This document shows, piece after piece, positions 7,969 to 16,719 of a stretch of 35,220 nucleotides of DNA. A program made the position numbers and the translations under genes. The stretch is taken from positions 1 to 35,220 of the forward strand of contig JBDTJD010000138.1 in assembly GCA_039935975.1 (NCBI GenBank), given 5' to 3'. The notes below the pieces were generated by a model. It worked only from the letters and a program-made list of their open reading frames with translations, searched no databases and was not told the DNA's origin. This stretch comes from Caldimonas sp. GTDB lineage: Bacteria; Pseudomonadota; Gammaproteobacteria; Burkholderiales; Burkholderiaceae_C. Within the stretch, counting starts at the first letter, position 1. Each line of letters starts with the position of its first letter.

Positions 7969-8493
7969 TCAGGCCCTAGTGGACCCGGTTGTCGAAGAGA
8001 CGTCTGTCCGCTGCGACACGGAGCCGACGGGAGCCGCCGCTGGCTGCGAAGCAGCTGCCAGGATCGCCAGAATCTCGTCGAGGGTGCGATAGAGGTGGCT
8101 GAGCAGATCGCTGCCGAGTTGCTGCTCCATCTGCCGATAGGTTTCCTCGACCTTCGGTGCAATTCGCGCCGCGATCGCCCGGCTCCTGGCCGTCAGGCTC
8201 ACCCGCACGCGGCGCTGGTCTTGAACCGCGCGCTTGCGCGCGACCAGTCCCAGTTCATCCATGCGAGCCAGCATGCCGGCGAGGCTCGGGCTGGAGATCC
8301 GGCAAATCTCGCCGATCTCGCGCGGCTCCAGGGTGCCGGCGTCGAGCAGCGCTCGAATGATCCGCCACTGCTGCTCGGTGACCCCATGCTCGTTCAATAT
8401 CGGCCGGAAGCGCGCCATCAGCCGCTCGCGCGCCTGCAGCAGCAGCAACGGAAGGTTGCGATGCGCAAATCCGGCTTGGTGCTCGATCTTCAT
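7969..8493 (-). CDS. hpaR: MarR-family regulator, HpaR-like
   Basis: HRNLPLLLLQARERLMARFRPILNEHGVTEQQWRIIRAL...ISSPSLAGMLARM...DQRR is characteristic of HpaR. Confidence 0.8.
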   Translation of the reverse strand: MKIEHQAGFAHRNLPLLLLQARERLMARFRPILNEHGVTEQQWRIIRALLDAGTLEPREIGEICRISSPSLAGMLARMDELGLVARKRAVQDQRRVRVSLTARSRAIAARIAPKVEETYRQMEQQLGSDLLSHLYRTLDEILAILAAASQPAAAPVGSVSQRTDVSSTTGSTRA

Positions 8494-8528
8494 GCTCAGC
8501 GTTTTCCCATCTCTTGACCCTGCCCCAT

Positions 8529-8557
8529 GCTAGCAAGTACATTGCTAACTTGTTAGC
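8529..8557. promoter_or_regulatory. Inverted repeats in the divergent promoter region, candidate HpaR/MarR operator
   Basis: GCTAAC-TT-GTTAGC (8544-8557) overlaps TAGCAA-N5-TTGCTA (8531-8547) in an AT-rich 72-bp gap between divergent genes. Confidence 0.55.
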
Positions 8558-8565
8558 GAATTACC

Positions 8566-9348
8566 GTGCTGCCTGACGTACTGAGCGAACTCGAGGACTC
8601 CCGCCCGCCATCGATGGCGGCTGAGGAGTGGCGCCTGCGGGTGCAGCTCGCAGCGTGCTATCGGGTCTTCGATCACCTGGGCTGGACCGAACTCGTGTTC
8701 AACCACATCACGGTTCGCGTGCCGGGCGATCGGCCGGCCTATCTCATCAACCCGTTCGGCCTCAACTACCGCGAGGTCACGCCGCGCAACCTGATCAAGG
8801 TCGGGCTCGACGGGGTCGCGCTCGAACCGACGGAGCATCTTGTCAACCGGGCGGGGTTCGTGATCCACAGCGCCGTGCACGCGGCACGCAGTGATGCGCA
8901 CTGCATCATGCACACCCACACCACCGCCGGCATGGCCGTGGCCTGCAAGCAGGCGGGCCTCGGCCACGACGACTTCTACGGCGCCGAGTTGTTCGGCGAC
9001 GTCGCCTACCACTCGTTCGAAGGCATCACGGTGCACGAGGACGAAGGGCCGCGTCTGGTGACGAGCCTGGCCGACAAGCGCATCCTGATCCTGCGCAACC
9101 ACGGCATGCTGGTCGTCGGCGGCGATGTCTTCAACGCCTTTCGCTGGATGTGGACACTGCAGCGCGCCTGCGAGGTGCAGGTCGCGGCAGCTGCGCTCCC
9201 GGGGCAAGACATCCCGCTCAGCGACGAAGTCCGCCGTACCTGCGCTCGCGACGCACGCGATTTCGAGCCGCGCGACCGGCTCGAACGAATGCTTTTCACG
9301 AGCGTCCTGCGCCATGCCGGGGTGACCGCCGCCTCGCTCTCCTACTGA
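8566..9348 (+). CDS. Class II aldolase/adducin-family protein
   Basis: LRVQLAACYR...WTELVFNHITVRVP...LINPFG, GFVIHSAVH, CIMHTHT and LRNHG (metal-binding His residues). Confidence 0.9.
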   Translation: MLPDVLSELEDSRPPSMAAEEWRLRVQLAACYRVFDHLGWTELVFNHITVRVPGDRPAYLINPFGLNYREVTPRNLIKVGLDGVALEPTEHLVNRAGFVIHSAVHAARSDAHCIMHTHTTAGMAVACKQAGLGHDDFYGAELFGDVAYHSFEGITVHEDEGPRLVTSLADKRILILRNHGMLVVGGDVFNAFRWMWTLQRACEVQVAAAALPGQDIPLSDEVRRTCARDARDFEPRDRLERMLFTSVLRHAGVTAASLSY

Positions 9349-9366
9349 CGACCCGACGGAGCCACC

Positions 9367-10515
9367 ATGAAGACCCTGCTCGCCCTCACCGCCGCAACGC
9401 TTGCTCTCGGGCTCGCTGCTTCCGCGCGCGCCGACATCAACGTCGGTGTCATCCTTTCGACCACCGGTCCCGGCGCGTCGCTCGGCATTCCCGAGCAGAA
9501 CAGCATCAAGCTGTGGCCGACCGAGATTGCCGGGCAGAAGCTCGTCCTGACGATCCTCAACGACGAGTCCGACACGACCGTCGCGGCCAAGAACGCCGCT
9601 CGGCTGCTCAGCGAGCACAAGGTCGACGTCATCGTCGGCCCCTCGCTCACGCCGACGTCGCTCTCGGCCCTCGAGCTGGTCGCGCAGGCCGGCACGCCGA
9701 TGATCTCGCTCGCGGGTGGTGGCGCGATCATCAACCCGCCCGACGGCGCACGCCGCTGGGCCTTCCGGATGGCACCACCCGAGTCGATCGCCGTTGGCGT
9801 CGTTCTCGAGAACATGATCGCCCAGGACGTCAAGAAGGTCGGGATCATCGCCCTCGCGACAAGCTTCGGCGACGGCTACACGAAGACGCTCGAGCAGCTC
9901 GCGCCCACCAAGGGGATCAAGGTCGTCGGCGTCGAACGCTACAACCAGAACGACACCTCGGTCACGGCCCAGGTGCTGCGCCTCATGGCGGCCCAGCCGG
10001 ACGCCATCTACATCATGAGTTCGGGAACCCCGGGCGCGCTGCCGCAGATCGAGCTCTCTCAACGCGGCTTCAAGGGCCCGGTGTACCAGACCCAGGGCGT
10101 CGCCAATGCCGACTACCTGCGGATCGGCGGCAAGAATCTCGAAGGCGGCTACATGACGGTGGGCGCGGTGCTCGTGGCCGAGCAGCTCGCCGACAGCTCG
10201 ATCCTGAAAAAGCCCGCGCTCGATTTCGTCACCCGCTACGAAGCTGCCTACGGGCCGAATTCGCGTTCGCTTTTCGGTGCTTCGGCGTGGACGGCGTTCG
10301 AGTGGCTGAAGTACGCGGTGCCCCAGGCGCTGAAAAAGGCCCAGCCCGGGACGCCGGAGTTCCGCACCGCCCTGCGAGACGCGCTCGAGACCATGAAGGA
10401 CATCGTCACGCCCGAGGCGGTCTACACGATGAGCACGACGAATCACAATGGCGCCGACCAGCGCTCGCAGGTGCTGGTGCGCATCGTCGGCGGAACCTGG
10501 AAACTCGCCCGGTGA
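9367..10515 (+). CDS. ABC transporter substrate-binding protein (LivK-like fold, aromatic-acid-binding subfamily)
   Basis: Signal peptide, INVGVILSTTGPGASLGIPE, SVTAQVLRLMAAQPDA, YQTQGVAN. GGAG RBS. Confidence 0.88.
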   Translation: MKTLLALTAATLALGLAASARADINVGVILSTTGPGASLGIPEQNSIKLWPTEIAGQKLVLTILNDESDTTVAAKNAARLLSEHKVDVIVGPSLTPTSLSALELVAQAGTPMISLAGGGAIINPPDGARRWAFRMAPPESIAVGVVLENMIAQDVKKVGIIALATSFGDGYTKTLEQLAPTKGIKVVGVERYNQNDTSVTAQVLRLMAAQPDAIYIMSSGTPGALPQIELSQRGFKGPVYQTQGVANADYLRIGGKNLEGGYMTVGAVLVAEQLADSSILKKPALDFVTRYEAAYGPNSRSLFGASAWTAFEWLKYAVPQALKKAQPGTPEFRTALRDALETMKDIVTPEAVYTMSTTNHNGADQRSQVLVRIVGGTWKLAR

Positions 10516-10553
10516 GCGCGCCTTCAACGCATCCGATGATCAGGAGTCCAGTC

Positions 10554-11621
10554 ATGGCAGACACGAGCGACGGAATCTTCGTGAAGAACTGCTGGTACGT
10601 GGCCGCGTGGGACCACGAGTTGATCGACGGCGCCAAGCTGGCGCGCACGATCCTCGAGAAGCCTGTCGTCGTCTACAAGGGTGAGAGCGGCAAGGTGGTC
10701 GCGCTCGAAGATCGATGCTGCCACCGTGGCGCGCCCCTCTCGATGGGCCGCATCGAGGGCGACTGCATCCGCTGCATGTACCACGGCATGAAGTACGAGC
10801 CTTCGGGGCGCTGCATCCAGATTCCCGGCCAGGACGTCATCCCGCCCAAGCTTGGCGTGCGCAGCTTTCCAGTGGTCGAGCGCGACCATCTGGTCTGGAT
10901 CTGGATGGGCGATCCGGCGCGCGCCGACGAGTCCGAGATCGTCGACTACGGTCCGCTTCACGACCCGGGCTGGAAGGGCATGCCGGCCTACATGCACTAC
11001 GACGCGAACTGGCTCCTGATCGTCGACAACCTGAGCGACTTCGCCCATCTCGCCTTCGTTCACACCAAGACGCTGGGCGGCTCGGAAGAGTACGCGTACC
11101 AGACCAAGCCGCTCAACATCGAGCGCCTGGCCGACGGCTTCCGCGTCGAGCGCTGGCACATGAACAGCGACTCGCCCCCGTTCCACAGAAAGGTGATCCC
11201 CGACAAGGCGGCGAAGGTCGATCGCCGCAACATCGGCCACATGAAGGTGCCCGGAATCTTCTTCCTGGAGTCGATGTTCGCGCCGGCCGGCAGTGGCGCC
11301 GAGAAAGGCAATCTGGATGGCGCGCGGCAGTATCGCAACTGCCAGTTCATGACGCCCGAGACGCGGCGCTCGACCCACTTTTTCTGGAACTACCTGCACA
11401 ACTTCGACCTCGACGATCCGAACATCGCGCTGTCGCTCTGCAACAGCCTGCGCGAGGGTTTCATGGAGGACAAGGCGATCATCGAGGCGCAACAGAAGCT
11501 CTTCGATGTCGACCCCGACACCAAGCTGCTGGCGATCGCGGCCGACGCCGCGCTGGCCCACTTCCGCAGGGTCTTCGAGCAGCGTCTCGCGTCGGAGCGG
11601 AGCGAAGCGCTAGCCGCCTGA
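10554..11621 (+). CDS. Rieske non-heme iron oxygenase alpha subunit (VanA/O-demethylase-like)
   Basis: NCWYVAAW, Rieske DRCCHRG...CMYHG, mononuclear Fe site DNLSDFAHLAFVH plus FMEDKAII. AGGAG RBS before ATG 10554. Confidence 0.9.
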   Translation: MADTSDGIFVKNCWYVAAWDHELIDGAKLARTILEKPVVVYKGESGKVVALEDRCCHRGAPLSMGRIEGDCIRCMYHGMKYEPSGRCIQIPGQDVIPPKLGVRSFPVVERDHLVWIWMGDPARADESEIVDYGPLHDPGWKGMPAYMHYDANWLLIVDNLSDFAHLAFVHTKTLGGSEEYAYQTKPLNIERLADGFRVERWHMNSDSPPFHRKVIPDKAAKVDRRNIGHMKVPGIFFLESMFAPAGSGAEKGNLDGARQYRNCQFMTPETRRSTHFFWNYLHNFDLDDPNIALSLCNSLREGFMEDKAIIEAQQKLFDVDPDTKLLAIAADAALAHFRRVFEQRLASERSEALAA

Positions 11622-11925
11622 GGCATCTCGACCGCGTGCCGCTCGCGCCCGATCGCGCGCTCGACGACGTGCGCGCCTGGACCCGGCACGAGGCGATCAG
11701 CCGGGTGCAGCGGACGGCGGCGACCGGGCACCGCTCGACCCGGGCCGGCGGCCACGCCCGACGCGGCGTCGAAGTGAACATTCGTACAAACATACAATCG
11801 CCGCGCGCTTGAGCGTGGCTGTCGCATCCCGTCGCCGTCTCGCTCGCGGCACCGCTCTTGTGTCGTCGCGTGCACGACGTGCCGGCGATCCGGCCCGCCC
11901 GGCCAGCGCAGCGACCGCGATATCG

Positions 11926-14151
11926 ATGAAAGCCCTCAACCTCCAACTCCGCTTCCTGGCGCCGCTGCTGGTGACGCTGGTCGTCGCCGCCTATTTCGCG
12001 CTGCCGCTGATGGACCGGCTGACCCTGCGCTGGTTCGCGCGCGACCTCAACCTTCGCGGCAACCTCGTCACCAACACCCTTTCGGATTCGATCGCCGACG
12101 CGCTCGGCGACGCCAAGGGCGCGCGCCTGCAGCTCCTGTTCGATCGCGCCGTGCAGGACGAGCGGCTTTTCGCCATCGGCCTGTGCTCGCCCGATGGGAC
12201 GATGCTGCAACGGACCGCCAGCTTTCCGAGAAGCCTCGACTGCCGCCAGGCGGCGGCTGCCGCCGAGTTGCCCGACCCGCGCCTCAGGCTCGCGGGCGGC
12301 GCCGTGCATGTCGGCGTGCACACCGTGCAGGGCGACAACGGCCCGATCGCGAAGCTGGTGCTCCTGCACGACCTGAGCTTCATCGACCGGCGCAGCCAGG
12401 ACACGCGTCGATATCTGCTCCTGTTCATCGGCGCGCTCGGCCTGACGATCGCGCTGATCACCGTGGTCGTGGCGCAGTTGAGCTGGCGCGGCTGGGTCTC
12501 CGGCGTGCGCGGACTGCTGCGCGGCGAAGGGCTCCTTCGGCCCGTGATGGCCGCTCCCGAGATGGCGCCGCTGGCCGCGGAGATCCGCGCCCGGATGCGC
12601 GATCTCGAGGACGAGTACCGGCGTGCCCAGGGGCCGCAGGCCGGCTGGGATCCGGAGCGCCTGCGCGCGCTGCTGCGCACGCAGCTCCAGGGTGACCAGG
12701 TCATCGTCGTGTCGAACCGGGAGCCCTATATCCACGAGCGCGGCGCCGACGGGATCGTCATCCGGCGGCCCGCCAGCGGGCTCGTCACCGCCGTCGAGCC
12801 GGTGATGCGCGCCTGCTCCGGAACCTGGATCGCCCACGGCAGCGGCAGCGCCGACAAGGACGTCGTCGACCGCCACGATCGCGTCGGCGTGCCGCCGGAG
12901 CACAGCGAGTACGTCCTGAGGCGAATCTGGCTCAGCGCAGAGGAGGAGAAGGGCTACTACTACGGCTTCGCCAACGAAGGCATGTGGCCGCTCTGTCACG
13001 TCGCGCACGTGCGACCGATCTTTCGCGAGTCGGACTGGGAGCAGTACCGCATCGTCAACCAGCGCTTCGCCGACGCCGTCGTCGCCGAAGCGCGCAGCGA
13101 GGATCCCGTCGTCCTGGTCCAGGACTATCACTTCGCGCTGGTGCCGGCGATGGTCCGGGCCGTTCTGCCGCGCGCCACCATCCTCACCTTCTGGCACATT
13201 CCCTGGCCCAATCCCGAGTCGTTCGGCATCTGTCCGTGGCGACGCGAGATCCTCGAGGGGATGCTCGGCAGCACGATCCTCGGCTTTCATACGCGCTTTC
13301 ACTGCAAGAACTTCATCGAGACCGTGGACCGCTTTCTGGAGGCCCGCATCGAGCACGAGCATTCGACGATCTCGTTCAAGGGTGCAGAGACGCTCGTCGA
13401 GAGCTACCCGATCTCGATCGAATGGCCGGCGACGGAGCTGCAGGCGGCCTGGCCGACGATCGCCGAATGCAGGCGACGGGTGTTCGCGCGGCTGCAGCTG
13501 CCCGAGCGAGCCTGCCTGGCCGTCGGCGTCGACCGGTTCGACTACACCAAGGGAATCCTGGAGCGGCTGCATGCCGTCGAACGGCTGCTCGAGAAGCGGC
13601 CGGAATGGGTGGGGCGCTTCGTGTTCGTGCAGGTGGCCGCGCCCTCGCGCAGTCTGCTGGAGGAGTACCAGTCGTTCCAGGAACGGATCGCCCGCGTGAC
13701 CGATCGCGTCAACGAGCGCTTTGGCCGGCCCGGCTACCAGCCGGTCCACCTGCTCGCGCATCACCACGAGCATGACGCCGTGACCGAGCTTTTCCGTGCG
13801 GCCGACGTCTGCCTCGTCACCAGCCTGCACGATGGCATGAATCTCGTGTGCAAGGAGTTCGTCGCTGCGCGCGACGACGAGCAGGGCGTCCTGATCCTGA
13901 GCCGCTTCGCCGGTGCCGCGCGGGAGATGACCGAAGCATTGATCGTCAATCCGTATCACGTCGAGGAGACGGCGGATGCCCTGCACCGCGCGGCGACGAT
14001 GCCGCCGGCGGAGCAGCGCGAGCGGATGGCGAGCCTGCGCATGACGGTGCGTGAGAACAACGTCTTCCGCTGGGCCGGGCACATGCTGACCGACGCGGGC
14101 CGCTCGCGCCTGCGCGAGCGCATCGATGCGCGGGTCCGCAGCGCAGCCTGA
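11926..14151 (+). CDS. otsA: Trehalose-6-phosphate synthase (GT20) with N-terminal two-TM / extracytoplasmic domain
   Basis: GT20 motifs [49 protein letters not shown] and [10 protein letters not shown], preceded by about 250 aa containing two TM helices. Start uncertain (TTG 11809 is an alternative). Confidence 0.88.
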   Translation: MKALNLQLRFLAPLLVTLVVAAYFALPLMDRLTLRWFARDLNLRGNLVTNTLSDSIADALGDAKGARLQLLFDRAVQDERLFAIGLCSPDGTMLQRTASFPRSLDCRQAAAAAELPDPRLRLAGGAVHVGVHTVQGDNGPIAKLVLLHDLSFIDRRSQDTRRYLLLFIGALGLTIALITVVVAQLSWRGWVSGVRGLLRGEGLLRPVMAAPEMAPLAAEIRARMRDLEDEYRRAQGPQAGWDPERLRALLRTQLQGDQVIVVSNREPYIHERGADGIVIRRPASGLVTAVEPVMRACSGTWIAHGSGSADKDVVDRHDRVGVPPEHSEYVLRRIWLSAEEEKGYYYGFANEGMWPLCHVAHVRPIFRESDWEQYRIVNQRFADAVVAEARSEDPVVLVQDYHFALVPAMVRAVLPRATILTFWHIPWPNPESFGICPWRREILEGMLGSTILGFHTRFHCKNFIETVDRFLEARIEHEHSTISFKGAETLVESYPISIEWPATELQAAWPTIAECRRRVFARLQLPERACLAVGVDRFDYTKGILERLHAVERLLEKRPEWVGRFVFVQVAAPSRSLLEEYQSFQERIARVTDRVNERFGRPGYQPVHLLAHHHEHDAVTELFRAADVCLVTSLHDGMNLVCKEFVAARDDEQGVLILSRFAGAAREMTEALIVNPYHVEETADALHRAATMPPAEQRERMASLRMTVRENNVFRWAGHMLTDAGRSRLRERIDARVRSAA

Positions 14152-14172
14152 CGGGCGAACTGAACCCGAGGG

Positions 14173-15207
14173 TCAGGCGAGCGCCGGCGCGGCGGGTCGA
14201 TCGAGTGCGATGTCCGCTCCGCGCAGCGTCGCAGCGGAAGGGTGGGCGATGACTCGCGTGGGGATGCCCGCGAGGTAGTCGCGAAAGCGTCCCTTGCCTT
14301 CGAACCGGCTGCGGAAATTCGACGTCACGATGCGCTGGCCGAGCCGGGGCACGATCCCCCCGCCGAGATAGACACCGCCTCGCGCCGCCAACGTCAGGGC
14401 GAGATTGCCGGCGAACGCGCCGAGAAAGCCGAAGAAGCTCTCGACCGCAGCAACGCAGCAGGCGTCGCTGCCCTCGTCGGCGCGCGCTGTGATCACCTCG
14501 GCGTCGTACGGCGCGGCCTCGAGTCCGGCCAGCTCGCAGTGCGCGCGATAGAGGTTCACGATCCCCGGCCCGGAGACGACCCGCTCGAAAGAGACATGCC
14601 CATACCAATTCCGCAGCACCGCCAGCAGCTGATCTTCGACCGCATCGCCGGCGCTGAGCGAGGCATGACCGCCCTCGCTCGGCATCTGCCGGGGGCCGTC
14701 GGGCGTGTCGAACAGGCCCGAGACACCCAGGCCGGTCCCGGGGCCGAGGACCGCTACCGCGGCTCCCGGCACGGCCTGCCCGCCGCCGACCGGCCAGGTC
14801 TCCTCGGGCTTCAGCGACGGGATCGCGAGCGCGAGTGCCGCGAAGTCGTTCAGGACGACGAGACGCTCGAGGCCCAGCGTGCGTTGCAACGAGGCGATGG
14901 AGAAGGTCCAGCCGAGATTGGTGAGGCAGACCGTGTCGGCCGAGACCGGTGCCGCGACGGCCATCGCGAACGAGGCCGGGGGCGGGGTGCGGCGGCCCAG
15001 GCCGGCGGCGATGGCGTTCTCGATGCGCTCGAAATCGGCGCAATCGACGGCGCCGAGGGCAGTGATGCCGTCGCCCGGGCCGCGCGTCCATCCGAAGCGC
15101 ATGTGGGTGCCGCCCAGATCGGCCAGAAGTCGAGGATAGGGACTGCCTGCGCGCACCGCCGGTGGCGAAGACGATGGCTCGGGCGGACTGCCTTGCGGTT
15201 CGGCCAT
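14173..15207 (-). CDS. glk: Glucokinase
   Basis: LLADLGGTHMRF, LTNLGW, VLNDFAALA, GPGTGLGV, SEGGH, SFERVVSGPG and GGVYLGGGI...FEGKGR. Confidence 0.93.
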   Translation of the reverse strand: MAEPQGSPPEPSSSPPAVRAGSPYPRLLADLGGTHMRFGWTRGPGDGITALGAVDCADFERIENAIAAGLGRRTPPPASFAMAVAAPVSADTVCLTNLGWTFSIASLQRTLGLERLVVLNDFAALALAIPSLKPEETWPVGGGQAVPGAAVAVLGPGTGLGVSGLFDTPDGPRQMPSEGGHASLSAGDAVEDQLLAVLRNWYGHVSFERVVSGPGIVNLYRAHCELAGLEAAPYDAEVITARADEGSDACCVAAVESFFGFLGAFAGNLALTLAARGGVYLGGGIVPRLGQRIVTSNFRSRFEGKGRFRDYLAGIPTRVIAHPSAATLRGADIALDRPAAPALA

Positions 15208-15213
15208 CGAGAC

Positions 15214-16041
15214 CTAGCGCCGTTGGCGTGGCGTCGTGACCAGGCGGCGGAACTCCGCGAGCCTGGCCTTGACGCGCCGCTCGTTGATCACGCCCATCCT
15301 GAGCAGGACCTTCTGGCCCGATGACAGCGCTTCGAGGGACGGATCGGCGAATTCGTAAAGCACCCAGGGACGCGCCGGACGCACGGGCCCGTTGATCGGG
15401 GGCATGCGCACCTGGAGCGGAGCATCGGTCTCGGGTGTCGCGAGCAGCAGGTCGATCACCTCGACGAGCCGGTCGTTGAAGTAGCCCTTCGGATAGCCGA
15501 GCTCCTCGTAGCTCTTCTGAAGCGAGGGGTAGATCCGCGCATAGAGCGAAGCGGCCTGCGGCAGGTTCACCGTCTCGAGCAACAGCACGTAGGGCGCATA
15601 GCGCAAGTTGTTGTCGGTGCCGATGAACACCGAGCCGTCGCGCTCCTCGACCGTGAAGCGGCCGCTCGCCGGCTGCATCGGCCAGAGAGAGGCGGACGCG
15701 CTCGATCGACCGAGGTTGTCGACCGTCGCGGCGAGGCGGCGCGAGAAATCTTCGAGCCGGAACAGCGACTGCACCGTCCTCAGCCCGAACAGGTCGGTCA
15801 TCTCCGCCTGCAGATCGAACCGGGCCGACGGCGCCGACGCGGCGAGGGTGGCCTCGATCGGATAGTGGACTTGCGCCTCGGGCGCGGCCAGAGGCGGTGC
15901 GGAGGGCGCCGCCGCGGCCGGCGCGGGCGTGAAGGCGACGGCCGGTGCGGTCGCGTCCTTGCGCCAGAGGTAGAAGGCGGCGGCGAGCAGCGCGACCGAT
16001 GCCGCGGCCGCGGCCGTGATCGCGATCGTGGTCCTTTTCAC
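15214..16041 (-). CDS. DUF3014-family membrane-anchored protein
   Basis: N-terminal TM helix, Pro/Ala linker, ATVDNL, RYAPYV, YEELGYP.GYFNDRL and YEFADPSLEALSSGQKVLLRMG. Confidence 0.82.
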   Translation of the reverse strand: MKRTTIAITAAAAASVALLAAAFYLWRKDATAPAVAFTPAPAAAAPSAPPLAAPEAQVHYPIEATLAASAPSARFDLQAEMTDLFGLRTVQSLFRLEDFSRRLAATVDNLGRSSASASLWPMQPASGRFTVEERDGSVFIGTDNNLRYAPYVLLLETVNLPQAASLYARIYPSLQKSYEELGYPKGYFNDRLVEVIDLLLATPETDAPLQVRMPPINGPVRPARPWVLYEFADPSLEALSSGQKVLLRMGVINERRVKARLAEFRRLVTTPRQRR

Positions 16042-16107
16042 TCGAAACCCCGCCGGGTCACGAGGATCGGGATCGCGCCACGAAACCGCGGGCGGCGATG
16101 TCTTGAA

Positions 16108-16124
16108 ATTGCATTCGATGCAAT
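16108..16124. promoter_or_regulatory. Perfect palindrome ATTGCAT-TCG-ATGCAAT, candidate repressor operator
   Basis: 7-3-7 perfect inverted repeat in an AT-rich patch between the MarR gene and the DUF3014-glk genes, overlapping a minus-strand TACATT -10-like hexamer. Confidence 0.55.
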
Positions 16125-16166
16125 GTACATGAACCGGTCCCGCACAACGAGACAGCGGAGCGTGCG

Positions 16167-16682
16167 CTACAGCCCGGAGAGCGGAATCCCGGCGGATCTG
16201 GAGTCGGCATGAAGCTCGCGGAGAAGCAGCTTCAGATCTGCTTCCATCCTCGCCAGCGTTTTCGGGTCGAGCGCGGCGAGTGCGCCCGGCAAGACGCCGG
16301 CGAAGGGACCGGGGCTGCGCTCGAGCAACCGCGCCCCGGCGGGGAGCAGCCGGAGCATCACGGCGCGACGATCGTCCGCGTCCCGCGTCACGCTGACGAG
16401 GCCGCGCTCGACCAGGGTCTTGACGAGATTGCTCGCGGTCGATTGGTGGATGGTCATTGCCCGGGCGAGGCGACTGACGCCGATGTCGGGCGACTCGGCG
16501 ATCACGCTGAGCGCCCAGACCTGCGCGCCGCCCAGGCCGACGCTCGCCTCCACGCGCTGGAAATGGCTCTTGACGGTATTGAAGATCTGCCGGAACTGTC
16601 GCAGCACGTGCGCCGCGATCACGTCGTTGGTGTCATGCGCGTCGTGCGACTTGGCGGAAGATGGAGCGGTGCGGCGAGGCAT
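16167..16682 (-). CDS. MarR-family transcriptional regulator
   Basis: GLGGAQVWALSVI...VSRLARAMTIHQSTASNLVKTLVERGLV...DDRRAV.LRL is a winged HTH. Confidence 0.88.
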   Translation of the reverse strand: MPRRTAPSSAKSHDAHDTNDVIAAHVLRQFRQIFNTVKSHFQRVEASVGLGGAQVWALSVIAESPDIGVSRLARAMTIHQSTASNLVKTLVERGLVSVTRDADDRRAVMLRLLPAGARLLERSPGPFAGVLPGALAALDPKTLARMEADLKLLLRELHADSRSAGIPLSGL

Positions 16683-16719
16683 CGCAGAATGATATCGACG
16701 ACGCCTCGGCAGGGCGAAG

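Noticed and set aside
9150-11621. 823-aa fusion ORF ending in the Rieske oxygenase
   Set aside because: The first 468 codons are an Arg-rich off-frame read of the aldolase and binding-protein genes. The real start with an RBS is at 10554.
11775-11788. TGAAC-ATTC-GTACA as a LexA/SOS box upstream of otsA
   Set aside because: It is imperfect and resembles the Gram-positive type rather than CTGT-N8-ACAG. It is more simply part of an AT-rich promoter with TACAAT at 11793.
11479-14082. Long antisense ORFs (also 8545-10527, 21982-23802, 27791-29458, 29383-31119)
   Set aside because: These are typical stop-poor shadow frames of high-GC genes, with no recognisable motifs.
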